From the NCBI GenBank assembly GCA_010909165.1, contig MU008169.1, positions 186,001 through 250,000 of the forward strand: a stretch of 64,000 nucleotides of DNA. The letters are read 5' to 3'. Shown here piece after piece: positions 22,521-36,200 of the stretch. The stretch comes from Anthoceros angustus. Lineage: Eukaryota; Plantae; Anthocerotophyta. A program made the translations under genes and the position numbers. The notes below the pieces were generated by a model, which searched no databases, was not told the DNA's origin, and saw only the letters and a program-made list of their open reading frames with translations. How positions within the stretch are numbered: position 1 is the first letter of the stretch; the number at the start of each line of letters is the position of its first letter.

Positions 22521-24072
22521 GGTGACAAGATCGGTATTCCATACGTTTTCATATGAGACCTAGAATCTTGATCTTTTTTTCCTAGTAATAATTTAGAGTA
22601 CGCTCTGTGCACTAGACTGACTCGTGTGTGTGCTGCCCATACTTGAGAACACGTGACAATACTTTATTTATCAGCGTGGCACCCGCAGCGAGACCAACTT
22701 GAAGAGTGAAAGGCTTAGCTTCTAACATCTCTCATGTCCTCTCTGTAGAACGTCCTTTATCTGCCTCCCTTCTCACCTAGTTGGTCACTAATCAAAACCT
22801 TCGTAAACTAATGCAGAGATTCGCGTGAATCTTTCTACAGACTTGTTTATCCATTCTACCTTCTTTAATACTTGCTGCATCCTCCCATGAGGCATGTGAT
22901 TGAGCGTAAGTTTTGTGGGTGCACGTAATCGTCCCACGCAAATTCTACACCTCCTCCACGAGGGAGAGCTACCACCTTACATAGGATGTGCAATTTGTGG
23001 CTTAGAAAAGTGGGTAAAGAGAGCTACTGGGCTCCTATCCTGGTGGCTCAGCTAAGAGTAAGCTTACAAATCGAGCTCGAGAATTTTCGAAAAGCCGCAC
23101 GCCACCAACGACCATTTATGTGTGTGTTATGTACCAAGGCATCTGACCTCATCAAGGGAGAGGGCCAGGCGCCAGCCAGGGGGTGCTTAGGATCGAACTA
23201 TGGAATCCCACATGTTTGATTGAGGATAAGGGTTGTGAGGACCTCAAGAAATATGTCCCTTGGATACTTTGAAGTTGTATCTCAATCTCCGTGCCATCCC
23301 AACTATAAGAGAAGGCGGAACTTGATGAATAAAATATGGCTGTGCAGGGGCTCTTCCCCGCGAGTTGTTTTCTAGCTACAGTACATTGTGCAAGGCTACA
23401 ATCTTGTTTGAAATTCCTGCGGCATGTGCCTTGACTCCAATGAGTTTGAGGCGATAAAATGCCGGTCCCCATCGCATCTCAAACCATGGGGCTAATGATT
23501 GCATGATTTTCTCGGTGGAGGTGTGTGACCCATTAAGTCGCTTTTAAGCGAGGCTGATGCCCACCAATGTCGAAATATTGCTATTGACGTGAGTGCTCTT
23601 TTGAGAATTGCCCACACCGTGGGCTGGCCCCGTCGGTGCCAAGGCGGCTAATGCGCTTGCTTAACCTGGCTGTGCGCCTGTATCATATGCCCCGTATACA
23701 AATTAATTCGGGCCAACCATACATCGTTTGCTATGTTCAAATCAATAGACTTTTCATAAATGAGAGTCCAATATAAAGTAATTTGATTGGATATAATTAT
23801 TTTGATTTAAATTTTGAAATAAAATTTATATGATCAATTATAATTTATAATATGGACTAAAATCTTATCTTGAAATACAATATGATTATTTTTATATAAT
23901 TTATACATTTTTAGTCATTTCCACATACTACCACATTTCATGCAATGTCTTCATACGTTAAAAAAATATCTTTGATCACCTTCACATAAGTGCTTGAAGA
24001 TGTGGAGTCAATGGACAGCCCTCAGCCATAATAATTACTCTATGTTTGCGTAGAATTTCATCTATGGGCATA

Positions 24073-24228
24073 TTGCAATTTAACAAGCAATGTCCATGCA
24101 AGGTTATCCTTTGACATGTGCGTCACGTACATTTCTAGCCATAGATGAATTTCACCAGTGCAATTTAACAAGCAATGTCAATGCAAGGTTATCCTTAGAC
24201 ATGTGCGTCGCCTACATCTCTAGCCACA
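24073..24228. repeat. ~84-bp tandem duplication
   Basis: TGCAATTTAACAAGCAATGTC.ATGCAAGGTTATCCTT.GACATGTGCGTC occurs twice. Confidence 0.8.
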
Positions 24229-27057
24229 GCTTTCCGTGAAGATCATTCCAGCATACTTTCAGGTTTCCATACCTTGGAGCATACTAAGGGATTGTAGGCT
24301 CCCTAGTTCATAATGAGGATCGATCTCCAAGTGGTGGTTACTCAGTTGGAAAAAGATGAACCATACAACTACGCCATATGCCGCTACGCGTTATTGTTCA
24401 GGACTATGATGCAAGCTCACATGTTTATTGAGGGTGTGTCACTTGTTTCATAGGTATCTCCCAGGTGGGTGATGCAAAAGTATGAAGTCATGTAAGTGGG
24501 CCGGTGCAATATTATTCTGATTGTTAGCCAGGCGATTCCTCGCTCCAAGAACATGCAACGGCCTTCGCGGTAGGGATTTTATTAGGTTGACTCTCTGAGT
24601 TCAAGATGAAGAGTGCCTCGAGCTACTAGACAGGCTGCAAGAAAGGCACTTCTTTTGCCTCTTCTCCATCAAGTGAGCAATTGCTCGACACCCAGAAGTG
24701 TTATTATTTTACGAGCTAATACAGTGTACATTCAGGACTTGTTTGCTGCCATACGTGATGCAGAGACCACATCGGCCGGACCATAGTTAGGAAGATCCTA
24801 TGTTAATAGGCCAAGGACACCAGGAAATCAAGGTATCTTCTCGTGAACCGGATACGCATACGACCACACCTTGAAATAGCTAAAAACCTCGCAGTAACCT
24901 TTGCCAATCGCCGTGCTCTTGTGATGTGCTCGTGCTTGTCTATGGTGGTAACCATAGTGTCAGTGTCCCTCCCAACTACTACCCTTGCTACAATTTCTCT
25001 AGTATTCTACCTTGCAGGCATTGCACTGTGCTGGTTTTTGTAAGTGCCCACACTATTTGATCAAAGTACGTAACACATCTCTCCGAGTGCAAGCGCTAGC
25101 ATTTTTTGTTCTTCCTCATAATCACAAAAATGCTAAAACGACGCATTTATACGGAACGGACTTTTGTGGACTCCGGACCACAAATTCGGGCGACATACTC
25201 AATCCTATGTCGCGGTCGAGATGTCTAACTCTAAGGGAATGGTTCCGTCTGCTCACTGCTTCTTTAACTACTCCATACTCCTAGCTAGTCTAAGCCGCTA
25301 TCAAGCAATGCCGACCACACTTCCGAATTCCTCGACATTTAGGAGTGAGAAAGCGTAATTCCCCACGACGCAACACGCATCCTCTGAATCAGTTCTACTA
25401 TGACGATCGGGCTGGGGCCGACGTAGAAGGCGGGGCCGTAAACGATGCTCAAGGTGCCTCCCGACCCTTCCAAAGAATCGAAAGCAGTAATAATCCACCC
25501 TTCGTAACACACCTGGCCGGAAGTTATGTAGCCGGCCCAACCATACCACCGCTCGAACTCTCTACTTTGCACTCTCTGCTCACCTCTCCACTTCATGTTC
25601 CATATCAAACTCTACCTAATGTGCTTTATACCGGGCCGAACGCTTAAGGACTCAGTTCATGCCCTTTCGTGTTTGCCCTCAGGGGCAATTCTATCCCATC
25701 CTTTCTTCACTGCTCTTGCACTGCTAGGTGTGGCCAGGGTACTGCGCTCGCGATAGGGAAATGCCGAGTCACAGCACTTCCTGGCCCATATCCACATGGT
25801 CCAAACAGGCCCCAAAGCCTCCCCACCCTCATCGGGTCGTCTCGTTCCCTTGTCCGCCCGGCCCATCTCACACCAATATTCCTGGCCCTTGGAGGAGCAA
25901 GGCGTCGCGGTTCCTCGCCGCCACCGCATTCACCCTCCATGCGTGCTAGGTCTGGCACACCGGCAACCGGAGGTCCTCTCCAGAGTAGTTCCGCCCACTT
26001 GGTGACCTCTCCTGCATCGCATTAGCATCGATTCATGCGAGCCTGCGATGCACAACACGGGACCAACCCTCAAAAGGAAAATCGCATTCGAGGGATCACT
26101 AAGAATTTCCCTTCTTATATCGCTTCTAAGGTGCGTGGCCTTTATTACAACCCGAATGTTGGCCCTACTTCTAGCTACCTGCACACGCAAGAGGAATGCC
26201 CGATCTCATCGCTGGCCACAGGCTACCTACATCTATGACAGCTTGACAATGGGGTCATTGCTGACTCCTCAATGACTCTTATCCGGCAAATTTCAACTCC
26301 CCAACCCTAGGGTTGGAAGAAACTTCGCAGTTGCACTTCGTCTTGTCGCGGTTAGGTCTAGTCCAAAGGCGCTGCAGCTGGGCGTGGTTGGCAGCTCTAT
26401 GGTTTGGGATCGTATTCTCGGTGATTTGGCCGAGGCCGCTCGACAAGCCTACAACACCTCCCATTGCCCGTGACTTGGATGCTCATGGTTCGGGGAGCAG
26501 TGTCGACGCTATAAGAAATGGGGAGGAGGAGGGCTCATTATCTATTTGCGCCATCGTCGATGGCGTGCACGCCAGCTGGCGGTCACCGGTGCCAAAGGGC
26601 GAGGAGGAAGGCTAGCCAGCCGCCGCCTGCATGCTAGTGGAAACTGCCCGCCATGGCATACCGGGGCCAAAACCGAGTGCGCGCAAGCGCGTGGGCGATC
26701 TGCCGCCTTCCCCAGCACGAGGTGGGGCGGAGTGGATGCCTGGGAGGGTCCTTCCATGGAGCCTGGATGGGAAAGGCATGGTAAGCCCTCGGGGAGGGGA
26801 GGTGCACGCACCGCTGCGGGAAGGTGCTGGGCTGCATGGCGAGGAGGAGAGGGGAGTCGCAACATAATCCTCCTCATCTCCATCCTCCCCGTCTCCAAGA
26901 TGTTTCGCTAATCATGGAGCTAGGGTGCAGTGGACTACCCGAATTTCAAGCGAAAACGCTGGGAGTATGAAAGGGGCCTCCCCACACCTAGAGATTGTAA
27001 CAGAATGAATTGCACGAGGTGCAAGAATGAGGACCGCGTGTGGAGGATGATGGTGGC

Positions 27058-27960
27058 TGTGGGATCAGCCTGATTGGGGTTAGGAAATTAGGTAGGATTT
27101 TGTTTTTCAGGTGGTAGCCAAGGATAGAACGAGGCTAAAAGGAGGGAAATAAGCCCAAGCAGCATCCTGGACTACCGAGTATACCGACCCGTGAGTGAGG
27201 AACGCATTAGACCCACGATGGCGCGCGACGGGGTAAGACCGACCCACTCGTGACCGTGACCAGCAGTACGCCAGGAAGGTAACTTAGTTGGAGCGTAAGG
27301 ACGATCACACGCCACGTGACGATTTCGAGTGGAGGACGCATGCAGCGGGTCAGACTGTGAATTCGCCAGCAGGCCGCAGCAGTGTATTCACGCCTGGCCG
27401 CGCGGGCGGTAAGGCCGCAGTACGCTGGTAGAGCCAGAGTAAGCCCGCGCAGTGCTCTGCGCCATGATGGTGGAAGAGGCGCCCCGCCTGCCGGTTACTC
27501 CCGGCGGTCGCGAAGAAGGCTACCAGGCGGCTCGAGACACTTTCGATTTGCGCCCGCAACCCCGCTCGCAGATCTCGGGACACTGACGCGGCGCGGCTCA
27601 CCGCTGAGGCCTGAGAAGCGAACGCGCGGAGGTTTGCCAGCCTCACAAGCGCGACAGAACTAAGGAGAAGAAGGCGATGGCACCCAAAAGCCCGCGAAGT
27701 TTGGGAGCCATGGAACCTGTGGAGCGCAACATTGTGACCCGCGCTATCCGGACTTTGGGCTCGCCCGTGAAGCGGGAATTGGTGGAGTGGCATTGGACGT
27801 GTTCCAAATGGTCGACCTTTGACGTCACCGTCCGGAGTTTGCCCTAAGATGTCAAGGCGGTCAACAAGGAGGTGCGGTCCAAGAACCTCCGAGAGGACCC
27901 AAGGCGATGGACCTTGAGGTCCGGGCGGCCTACAACCGCCCAAGGAGGAAGAGGGGAGGT
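27058..27960 (+). mobile_element. Truncated extra copy of the gypsy LTR 5' end, part of a ~1.18-kb tandem duplication that includes host flank
   Basis: 26785-27960 is repeated from 27961. Both copies contain host flank followed by the TGTGGGATC..GGGGTTAG LTR start; the junction lies in GCCCTC. Confidence 0.8.
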
Positions 27961-28241
27961 GCCCTCGGGGAGGGGAGGTGCACGCAAATCACGCTGCGGG
28001 AAGGTGCTGGGCTGGGCGAGGAGGAGGGGAGTCGCAACAATCCTCCTCATTCCATCCCCCCGTCTCCAAGATGTGGGCAGCTGGCAATCGTGGGCAGTTT
28101 TCTAGGGTGCAGTGGACGACCCGCCGTTTAGCGCAAACGTGGGAGTATGAAAGTGCCTCCGTTACACCGGGAGATTGTAACGAAATTGCACGAGGCAGTG
28201 CAAGAATGAGGACCGCGTGCGTGTGGAGTGATGATGGTGGT

Positions 28242-31200
28242 TGTGGGATCGCGATTGACTGGGGGTTAGAAATTAGGTAGGATTTTGTTTTTGTGAGCAA
28301 GGATAGAGGCTAAAAGGAGGAAATAAGCCCGTTAGCACTGGACGCACTCGAGTATACTCCGACCGGAGTGAGGAACGACTTAGACCTACGATGGCGACGG
28401 GTAAGACCGACCCACCTGTGACCGTGTGATAAGTACGCTGTGGAAGGTAACTTAGAAGTTGGAGCGTAAGGACTGACCGGGCGACGCCACGGGACGACTC
28501 GAGTGGAGGACGGCATGCAGGTCGACCGTGAATTTTGCCAGGCCGCATAGTTATTCACGCCCGCGCGCGCGCGGGGGCCGTAGTACGGCAGGGCGTAGCG
28601 CTGCAGGCTGCGTGCACTAAGGCTACGGATGGAAGAGGCGCCCCGCCGCTTCCCGGGCGTGGTCGCGAAGAAGGTCATCAGGCGCTCGAGACCTCGCGAT
28701 CTGCGCCCGCAACCGCTCGCGGTATCTCGGGACACTGACGCCTGCGCGGCTCACCGCTGAGGTCGGAGAAGCGAACGCGGCGAAGGAGGCTCAACGCGCC
28801 AGCCTCGGCAAAAGAACCAAGGGAGAAGAAGGCGATGGCACCCAAAAGCCCGCGAAGTTTGGGAGCCATGGAACCTTGGAGCGCAACATTGTGACCCGCG
28901 CTATCCGGACTTTGGGCTCGCCCGTGAAGCGGGAATTGGTGCAGGAGTGGCATTTGGACGTGTTCCAAATGGTCCGACCTTTGACAGGTCACCGTCCGGA
29001 GTTTGCCCAAGATGCGGGCGGCGGTCAACAAGGAGGTGCGGTCCAAGAACCTCCGAGAGGACCCAAGGCGATGGACCTTGAGGTCCCAAGGCGGCCTACA
29101 ACCGCCCAAGGAGGAAGAGGGGAGGTGCCGAGCCCTCAAGGCGGGGAAGATAGGTCCCCACAGCAGCGGCCTCGACGCAACGGACCACCAAACGTTGGTC
29201 GATATCCGACCTGCTGGACCGAGTCGTGGCGGTGGCCCGGATCATCGCCCATCTGAACTCTACCACCAAGGTGGATCACCTTGGTGATAATCTATTAGTG
29301 TTCCCGCACGCTGGGAAGAGGGCGACTGGGAAGGATTACTCGCCCGGCTTAGCCTGAAGCTCAAGCTCGGAGAAGCCTCGCCATCTGGCCGCCCCATACC
29401 CGATCCATGTATGGGGCATTTCAACTCCTCGTGGAAGGAGAGCTTGAGCGAGCGCCCGAAAGGACTGAGGCCTCCCAAGTGGAGCGGCAAGGGCGCCGGA
29501 GGAGGAGGCCGACAAAACCAAACGGACTCGGAGGAGGATGACTGAGGATTCCTGACTCCATACGCCTGAGCGGACCCTCACCACCTGTGGAAGTATGGAA
29601 GCACCCCTCCCTCCTTCCGTGCCCCAACTGCATAATGCCACAGAGAAGTGTACCCTCATGGCCATCACTCACTGAGGAGCCCCGCTGCACTGTGAGAGAG
29701 CCAAGAAAGACTTACCAACGCTGTACCCCGGCCACAAGACTCTTCCCCGCCGACGAGTGGCAAGAAGTGAGGAAGTGAGGAGGCGTAAAGGACGCCTGTG
29801 GAGCGGAGGACACCGGCAGCAGCCTGATCCGAGCCGGGTCCTGCCGGCGTGAAGGGGCAAAGGGCGGCTCCCTGACTCCATCACCTCCGCCGAGCCCGTG
29901 GAGAAAAGGGCGAGAAGGAGTCATGCGCCAAAAGGAGGGGAAGCCCGAGCCAGACTGTGACCTAAGGGTCCCGATTGTCCGAGAACCGACTGACGCCCGG
30001 ATCATGGAGGGGTCCTCGACTGACGGAGATGCCGCCCCACGGACTTTGTGGGAGCCTCACTCAGCAGCCGTGGAGGAAACACGGGGTCCTGCCACCGCCA
30101 TGGACGATGCCTGGGTCTCAAGGGATGGCCGAGAAGGCCTGGAGGTGGAAGCCACCCGAGGCGCATGGGTCCTCCGTGAGCAGCTGGGGAGCCCAGGCGA
30201 GGGAAGGCCAAGCCTCGCAGGATTGAGGAAGGAAAACGCCGGAGGCGGAGAGGGAGGTCGTCCATCCGCAAGGACGACTAAATTCCTTCACCGAGGAGGA
30301 ACAGCAAGTGCCAAGGAGGCCCAAGCGGGCGGAGGACCTCCGCAGTGAGGGGCGAGCGCAGAAGGTGAGGACGCCCGGCAAGCGAACGGGCGCGGATCTC
30401 GAGGCAGCCCGACCGACCAGAGCCAAGCCGAGAGGCTGTGAAGGTGGCCAAGGAGGCGGAGGCCACGGCGGGCCGATCGCGATCACCAGTGATCGAACCG
30501 GTGGAGAGAGGCGAGAGAGCCGGCCAATCAAGGCCGAGCAAGTGGTCAAGGAGCAAGCACGAGCCGTGAGGAGGCGCTGAGGCCAGACCCGGGAGGTTGG
30601 GGACCCTGTGCACTGCAGGAGGTAGAAGGGCGAGGTGGAGCCGGAGGAACAAGGACACTTTGGAGTTGCAACCCAAGACGACGGAGCAAGCAGGGGTTCT
30701 CAACGAGAGAATCCAAGACTTCGAGAGAGGTGGAACGCCCAGCCCGGGCTTGAAGACGGAGGAGAACAGCGGCAAGGAGTTCGACCGCCAGTTGCAGCAG
30801 GACGGCAAGCTGTGAGCCTGACGGGATACCGCCCGCCCGGAGAAGGAAGTGGAGGACCTCCGGAAAGAATAGAAGAAGGAGGAAGGCAATCGGAGGAAAA
30901 GGTACATCTTGCCAGAAGCAAGGAGCACCCCATGGCCCGCAACCGTGAGTCAAGCAACAACGGAGGAGGAGAACGCCGAGCAAGGCAAGAGGTAACTGAG
31001 GCAGCCTTGACGGCCTCAAGGGAGTCCGCCCACAACCGTGAGCTTGGCCACGAGATGCAAAGGGCGATCCGCCTGGGCCACGAGCACCTGGAGGAGGGAC
31101 TGCCCGGCTCATGTGGAGGAGGCGATCTGCAAGTCGATCGACCGCCTACCACCAGAGCCCTCAAGGCCTGAGGTCCCGCGCCACCCCAGGAGGGTGGACC

Positions 31201-33060
31201 TGGGACCAAGGAGGAGCGAGGGAGGACGGACGGACAGACAACCGCTGGAGTCCTAGGAGCTGCTTGACGACGGCAGCAGGCGGGAGAGCATGGAGGAACC
31301 GGAGGAGGAGGGGCGCCACACCGAGGTAAGCCAGACCTCGCATGGAAGGACGAGGGAGGATCTTGAAGGGAAAAACCGGGCATTCGGGAACCAAGGGAGG
31401 GCCTGGATGAACCTGGCTAGCCCGGCGAGGAGGCATGCCCAGAGTCGAGGTCCTGACTTGTCCCGACTCCCAGGAAAGGCCGGATGAGGTCCCCTCAAGG
31501 AAGTCTGACCTAGGGATCCACAGTGACGAGTCCGGCCCCGAGGTCCGGACCCTGTGGAAGGGTTGGTCCAAGACGGACCTAGAGGCCCGGCCCCGAGGAC
31601 CGACTCAAAGAAGGCCGGGCTGAGACCGACTGAGGGAAGACTGACCTAGAGGTCCGGACCGAGTCGACAGGTCCCGAGGTCCAAACCCGGGAGTGGGGAG
31701 AGCCATCCACCAACCCCAGCAGATCCAACCCCTTGAGGGCCCACCGCAGGGCCCGCCGAGAGAGAAGAGGAGGACGAGGAGACTTGGTGGCGTCACCGCC
31801 GCACCGGTGGCGCACGATGCCCCTGAAGAGGAAGGGGCGCCACACCGAGGTAAGCTCAAGACCTCGCATGGAAGGACGAGGGAGGATCTTGAAGGGGGGG
31901 GGGCAACCGGGCATTCGGGAACCAAGGGAGGGCTCTGGATGAACCCCTAGCCCGGGCGAGGAGGCATGCCCAGAGTCGAGGGTCCTGACTTTGTCCGGAA
32001 GGACCCCCGAGGTCCGCCTCCTGGAAGTCCGAGGATCCAGACCTAGTGACGAGTCCGGCCCCGAGGTCCGACCCTGTGGAAGGGTCCAAGACCGGACTCA
32101 GTCCGGCCCCGAGGACCTGACTCAGAAGGCCGGGCCAGGACCTGACTGGAGGGAAGACCGGACCTAGAGGTCCGGACCGAGTGAGACAGGTCCCGAGGTC
32201 CAAACTCGGGAGTGGGGAGAGCCACCTCACCAACCCAAGATCCACCTTGAGGGCCCATGCAGGGCCACGAGAGAGAAGAGGGAGGACGAGGAAGACTTGG
32301 TGATCTGTCGCCGCCACGGTGGCGCACCGATGCCCTGAAGAGGGGGCCTACCGGATCATCCGATTGGCGCCTGCACTGGCTGTGGCACCGCCGCCAAGAA
32401 GGAATGACTATCCCACCACCGACGGCGAGAAGTGGAGGGTGGTAGGCGGCGGGTTAGCATACCGAGCCGGGCCTCACCGTAATAGAGGTGTAATAAAGGC
32501 GCCGACCTTCGGCGAGAGGGCTAAGGCCGCTCAATAAATCATCTTCTTGGTGTTGATGCCGCTGCACTGTGTCTTCTGCTAACGTGAGTCCCGAGTCACC
32601 GAGGTACCATACCCGGGAGATTGATCGTGGTCCCGTGACGACCTAACGTGTGTGTGTGGTGATCAGGTGCTCGCCCGAGCCGCGCGACCGAATCTGACGA
32701 ACGCGTGAGCCGGAGGAACTCCGGAGGGCGGCAGCCCGGACGGAGAGGCCCGCGAACGAGAGGAGGTCCGGATCGTAACCCGCAAGGCTTTTTTCTAAGA
32801 CCGAGGAGTGTAGCGAGGTGAGAGAGAGGAAAGGATGTGTGAGGACGGATGTGAACGATACGGACGCGAACGGGTCTCAAACGCTTGGCCATACCGGCCC
32901 GTGACGGTGAACGCTGGAAGTTAGAGTGTGTGGAGAACGAGCGCTAAGAGTAGGAATCACCAAACGCGCAAACGGAGCCTATCATTCCTTTGGGAACGGA
33001 TTTCTTCCTACAACGACACGGATTGTGCGCGCCTACCGCCATCACGAAAGTCGCGCCACA
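28242..33060 (+). repeat. 5' LTR (4.8 kb, includes an internal ~525-bp tandem duplication at ~31300-32330)
   Basis: Colinear with 39759-44082 along its length and ends GTCGCGCCACA immediately before the PBS. Confidence 0.85.
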
Positions 33061-33279
33061 TTTTGGCGCCGGGAATGAAATCGCTCCGTAGCTGCGGATG
33101 CGTGAGGACGGAGGTAGAAGAGTTACGAGAGTGGACGCCAGATCGCCCGAGCGCCCGAGCAGAGAGACGACGAGCTCGAGAGGACACCACCAACAGTAAG
33201 TGTGTGGAGTCGATCGAGAGGACGCAAGACCAAGTCGTGCGGTAAGGGGCGGTTCCTCATCCTTAATCACGCGATGGCA

Positions 33280-36200
33280 TAACGCCGACCAAGCGATTCT
33301 CTCTTGAGGTAAGAAGGAGAGAGACCAAACCTTCGTGGAGGATTTTGTGTCTCGCAAACTTCAACGGAGAAGGTTGGACGCCTCATTCAAATTGCTCCAA
33401 GGTCCCGCGGGCTGGTATCGGAGGAAATACGACCGCCTGTAACGCACCGCAACCTTCAAGATTGAAGGATGCCTTCAGAAAGATTCCGCGAATCGATCAA
33501 GAAGGCTATGTTGTCCAAACTCGAGAATCAAGCGAGGAAAGACGGAGAAGTTGGGATCAGACATCGAACGGTTCTACGCCGGACCGCACCCCACTCACAC
33601 TACCATGCAAAGGTACGTTGGTTCGCAATGGCTTATCCAAGCCCAAAGCACGTGCTAAGAGAAAGATGTGAGCAAGGCGGAGAACTATGAAGAATCGATG
33701 CACCAACGACGGCCGAGGACTCCAGGAGGAAAGAAGAAAAGAAGAAGGGCCTGGATCAAGATGAAGAACCCTGACGGAGGATGATGAGACCGAGGCACGA
33801 GGAAGAGGAAGAGGACTCAAGAAGAATCCGAGGAGTGGAAGAAGAAGAACCTAAAATAAAGAAGAAGAAGCCCGAGTAGTGAGGGTGGAAAGAAGGAGGT
33901 CATGATGCCCGCTCCAGAGAGGTCCCGCCACCCTCCTTTGAAGGAAGTAGCGGCCGAGGGAAGATCTAGAACGGTAATGAAGAGGGTGGAGGAGTTGACG
34001 ATCAACCGTGAAGGATAAAGAACGCGGCGGCCACCACGGTCCGACTCATCTGGTGCGTGTGTCACCAACATGGGCATTCAAGGCCAACCGCCTCCGCACG
34101 TGGAACCGTGGAGTACGACTACGGGAAGAGTCCGAGGAGGACGATGAGACCGAGGCACGGAGGAAGAGGAAGAGGACTCAGAAGAACTGAGGAGGCCATG
34201 GAAGAAGAAGAACCCCAAAATAAAGAAGAAGAAGCCCGTGAGTGAGGGTGGAAAGAAGGAGGTCATGATGCCCGCACTGACGAGAGGTCCCACCCGCCCC
34301 TTTGAAGGAAGTAGCCGAGGGAAGATCTAGAACGGTAATGAAGAGGGTGGAGGAGTTGACGATCAACCGTGAAGGATAAAGAACGGCGAAGGCCACCACC
34401 ACGGTCCGCATTTATGGTGTGCGTGTCACCAACATGGGCATTCAAGGCCAACCGCCTCCGCACGTGAACTGTGGAGTACGACTACGGGAAGAGTCCGAGG
34501 AACAAAGTGGAGGACGATACCAAGTGCAAGAAGCACAACCGGACCACGAGATCCTGTGATGTACACACGGCTTGGTCCGTCATCGATCGACCGATGCAAA
34601 GACGCATGGGAGCCCTCCGTGAATTCTGGCGGCGTGGTCTGCTGGAACTGGGAACCCCCACTACTCCAACGCGTCCCATACCCCACCGCAAGGCATAACG
34701 GAGACTTTGAACGGTGTGGAGATTAGCAAAGGGCACATGCCGAGGTACTCAGGAGAATCCTCGCTCGAGGGTATGCGCTCGCACCCTGGGAGCCAAGACC
34801 ACCACGCCCTAAACTGTATATAAATTGAAGACGACAATCATGGAGGGAGGAGGCACCGAGGAGCTCGAACGAGGTGGTACCAAGTTCAAGGAGAAGAAGG
34901 CGGACCGAGGTACCGGAAGTGTCAACCCGAGTCGCAAAGGAGCGAAGGAACGGAGACAAAGAGGAAGAAAATGAGGATAGTCCCACTGACACGGAGGACT
35001 AACACCCGCTGAAGCCGAACCCGCCAAAGAGGACGAGTTAAACCGGGCCCGCCAGAGAAGAAACCAAAAGCCACCGGAGTCTCCGAGAAGGACTCACCCA
35101 CGGCAACGCCAGCTTCCACCGGATGTGGTTCGAAGTGACCGAGATGCTTCAAGAAGAACTCCGACAGACCGATAGTCCGCCACCACAGCAAAGAGCCAAA
35201 CCGGAGGAGACAAGGCGAACGCGGACGCGGGCAGAGAACCACCCGCCCTTTCAAGGTGGCCGACTTGATGATGGACCAACAACACTTGGTGTCCCTTAGC
35301 GAGTTAAAGGACAACCCGGCATCGGCTGTGAAGTCCGAAGGCCATCGTGGAAACGCAACCACGCCGGAACTCCGGCAAGGGCAAGAACGTGGAGGTAAGG
35401 GTCGATCTCATACGGACTCGCCAGCAGTGGAAATTGCGGTGTAATTAAAACGTGCCTCTAGACACGGGTCGAGTGAACCTCATCACCGAGGCCACCGCAA
35501 GACGGCCGGGTTCACCACCTTCGAGCCATCCACCAAAACCCTCGTGATGGCGGATATCAAGCGAGCCAGGGAGTTGTCCCGAGTCCAAGCCACCATAGCG
35601 GAGCCCCTATACATTAGATTTTGTCACATCGACCCGGACTGGGGTATGAGGTCCTTAGCGGCGGCCGGGCCTCGCTGCATAAAACTACACTTGGACGGAA
35701 GGAGACACTGCCGGACTGGGATCCAAGGTGAGGGAAGGACGCAGCGACACTGAGTAAGGACACATCGTGGAAACCACAAGACTGTAGGGTACACCTCCGC
35801 CAAGACAAGGGGACGATGAACGCGAGGATACGAATGAGGACTACCCTTTCCCAAAATCACGTGGTCAAGGAGGAGATGGATTAATGAGGGACGCCTTTGG
35901 AGCGAGGTGGACGAGGAGGTCATCGATTGTTTTAGGTGGACTCATGACCAAGAGCCGGGAAGGCAATCAAGAGGAGGGTCCAGCAGAGACGGGAAGTAGA
36001 ACCGAGGAAGTAACCTCCCACTGACGAGCTCTTCCGGAGTGGGGAATGCGTGAAGATGAACCCGATGGAGGACGGAACACCCGAAGCCGAACCCGCCAAA
36101 GAGGCGAGTTAAACCGGGCCGCCAGAGAAGAAACAAAGCACCGGAGTCTCGGGAGAAGCGGACTCACCAACGCAGCTTCCGGATGTGGTTCGGAAGTGAC

